This document shows, piece after piece, positions 63,580 through 64,000 of a stretch of DNA of 64,000 bases (positions are counted from its first letter, which is position 1; every line of letters begins with the position of its first letter). Origin of the DNA: Lama guanicoe (Eukaryota). Position numbers and translations under genes: made by a program. Under the pieces are notes generated by a model, which was not told where the DNA came from, made no database searches, and saw only the letters and a list, made by a program, of their open reading frames with translations. The stretch covers positions 23,622,795 through 23,686,794 of the forward strand of contig MU054187.1 in NCBI GenBank assembly GCA_013239625.1. The letters are read 5' to 3'.

Positions 63580-64000
63580 TGAAAGATGAACTATTTCTTC
63601 TTCCTAAGGCAAATCCCTCTGACAGTGTTAATCCCATCTCCTGCTGCCTTATGTGGAGATAAAAACTTTTGATTATCTCTTCTTTTTATTGTATATTTCA
63701 CCTCTGCCTCTCAATGGGATCTCTCCAATGTTTTCTTTTTCTTTTCAAAAATTTTTATTATTGTAGTAAAATATCCATAATATACAATTTACTATTTTAA
63801 CTATTTTTAGTGTTCAATTCAGCGGCATTTACATTGTCATGCAACCATCACCGCTATCCATGTCCAGAACTTTTTTCCAACGGCTTTTAAACATACTCAA
63901 GCATCTGCCACTTAAAAACCAACTGTAGAACTATCGGTCATCCATCTCACCCTCCTCCAGTGATACCCTTTCCCTTTCTCTTCAAAGCCAATTTCCTCTC
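63580..64000 (+). mobile_element. L2 body fragment interrupted by an L1 piece
   Basis: 'cctaaggcaaatccctc…atcccatctcctgctgcct…ggatc' resumes after ~63880 as 'ttttaaacatactc'. Confidence 0.55.
63735..63878 (-). mobile_element. L1MB-type 3' terminal fragment
   Basis: 'ttattgtagtaaaatat…aatttactattttaactatttttagtgttcaattcagcggcatt…tgcaaccatcaccgctatccat…ccagaacttttt'. Confidence 0.85.

Noticed and set aside
1..64000. Remaining 60-127 aa ORFs as host genes
   Set aside because: Lengths are at chance level, many use non-ATG starts or overlap repeats, and none resembles a protein I recognise other than L1 ORF2p.
1..64000. CRISPR array, prokaryotic defence system or phage
   Set aside because: No regularly spaced repeats and no gene-dense coding; the sequence is dominated by mammalian repeats.

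Overview
This is AT-rich mammalian nuclear DNA, almost certainly camelid: it carries a Vic-1-type tRNA-derived SINE and three copies of a camelid-type L1 3' end. It is not prokaryotic, and there are no operons, CRISPR arrays or rRNA/tRNA genes. I recognise no host protein-coding exon; the only recognisable ORF-track peptides are decayed LINE-1 ORF2p fragments. The window reads as a long intron or intergenic region filled with fossil repeats. These include a full-span ancient L1 with TSDs (12824-18875), a two-LTR MER31-like ERV1 provirus with a tRNA-His PBS (32304-35238, minus), a twin-primed L1 (58220-60053), several solo LTRs, and many MIR, L2 and hAT remnants. The best unexplained signal is a 69-bp dispersed direct repeat (50558-50626 / 52471-52539, 58/69 identical) in which both copies carry a minus-strand splice donor at the same position. 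Several other minus-strand exon-like units, including an 8-nt micro-exon candidate, and the orientation of the repeats hint at an unidentified minus-strand host transcript. Repeat family names come from my recall of consensus sequences and need RepeatMasker/Dfam confirmation; boundaries of old repeats are approximate. I found no convincing novel biological system.
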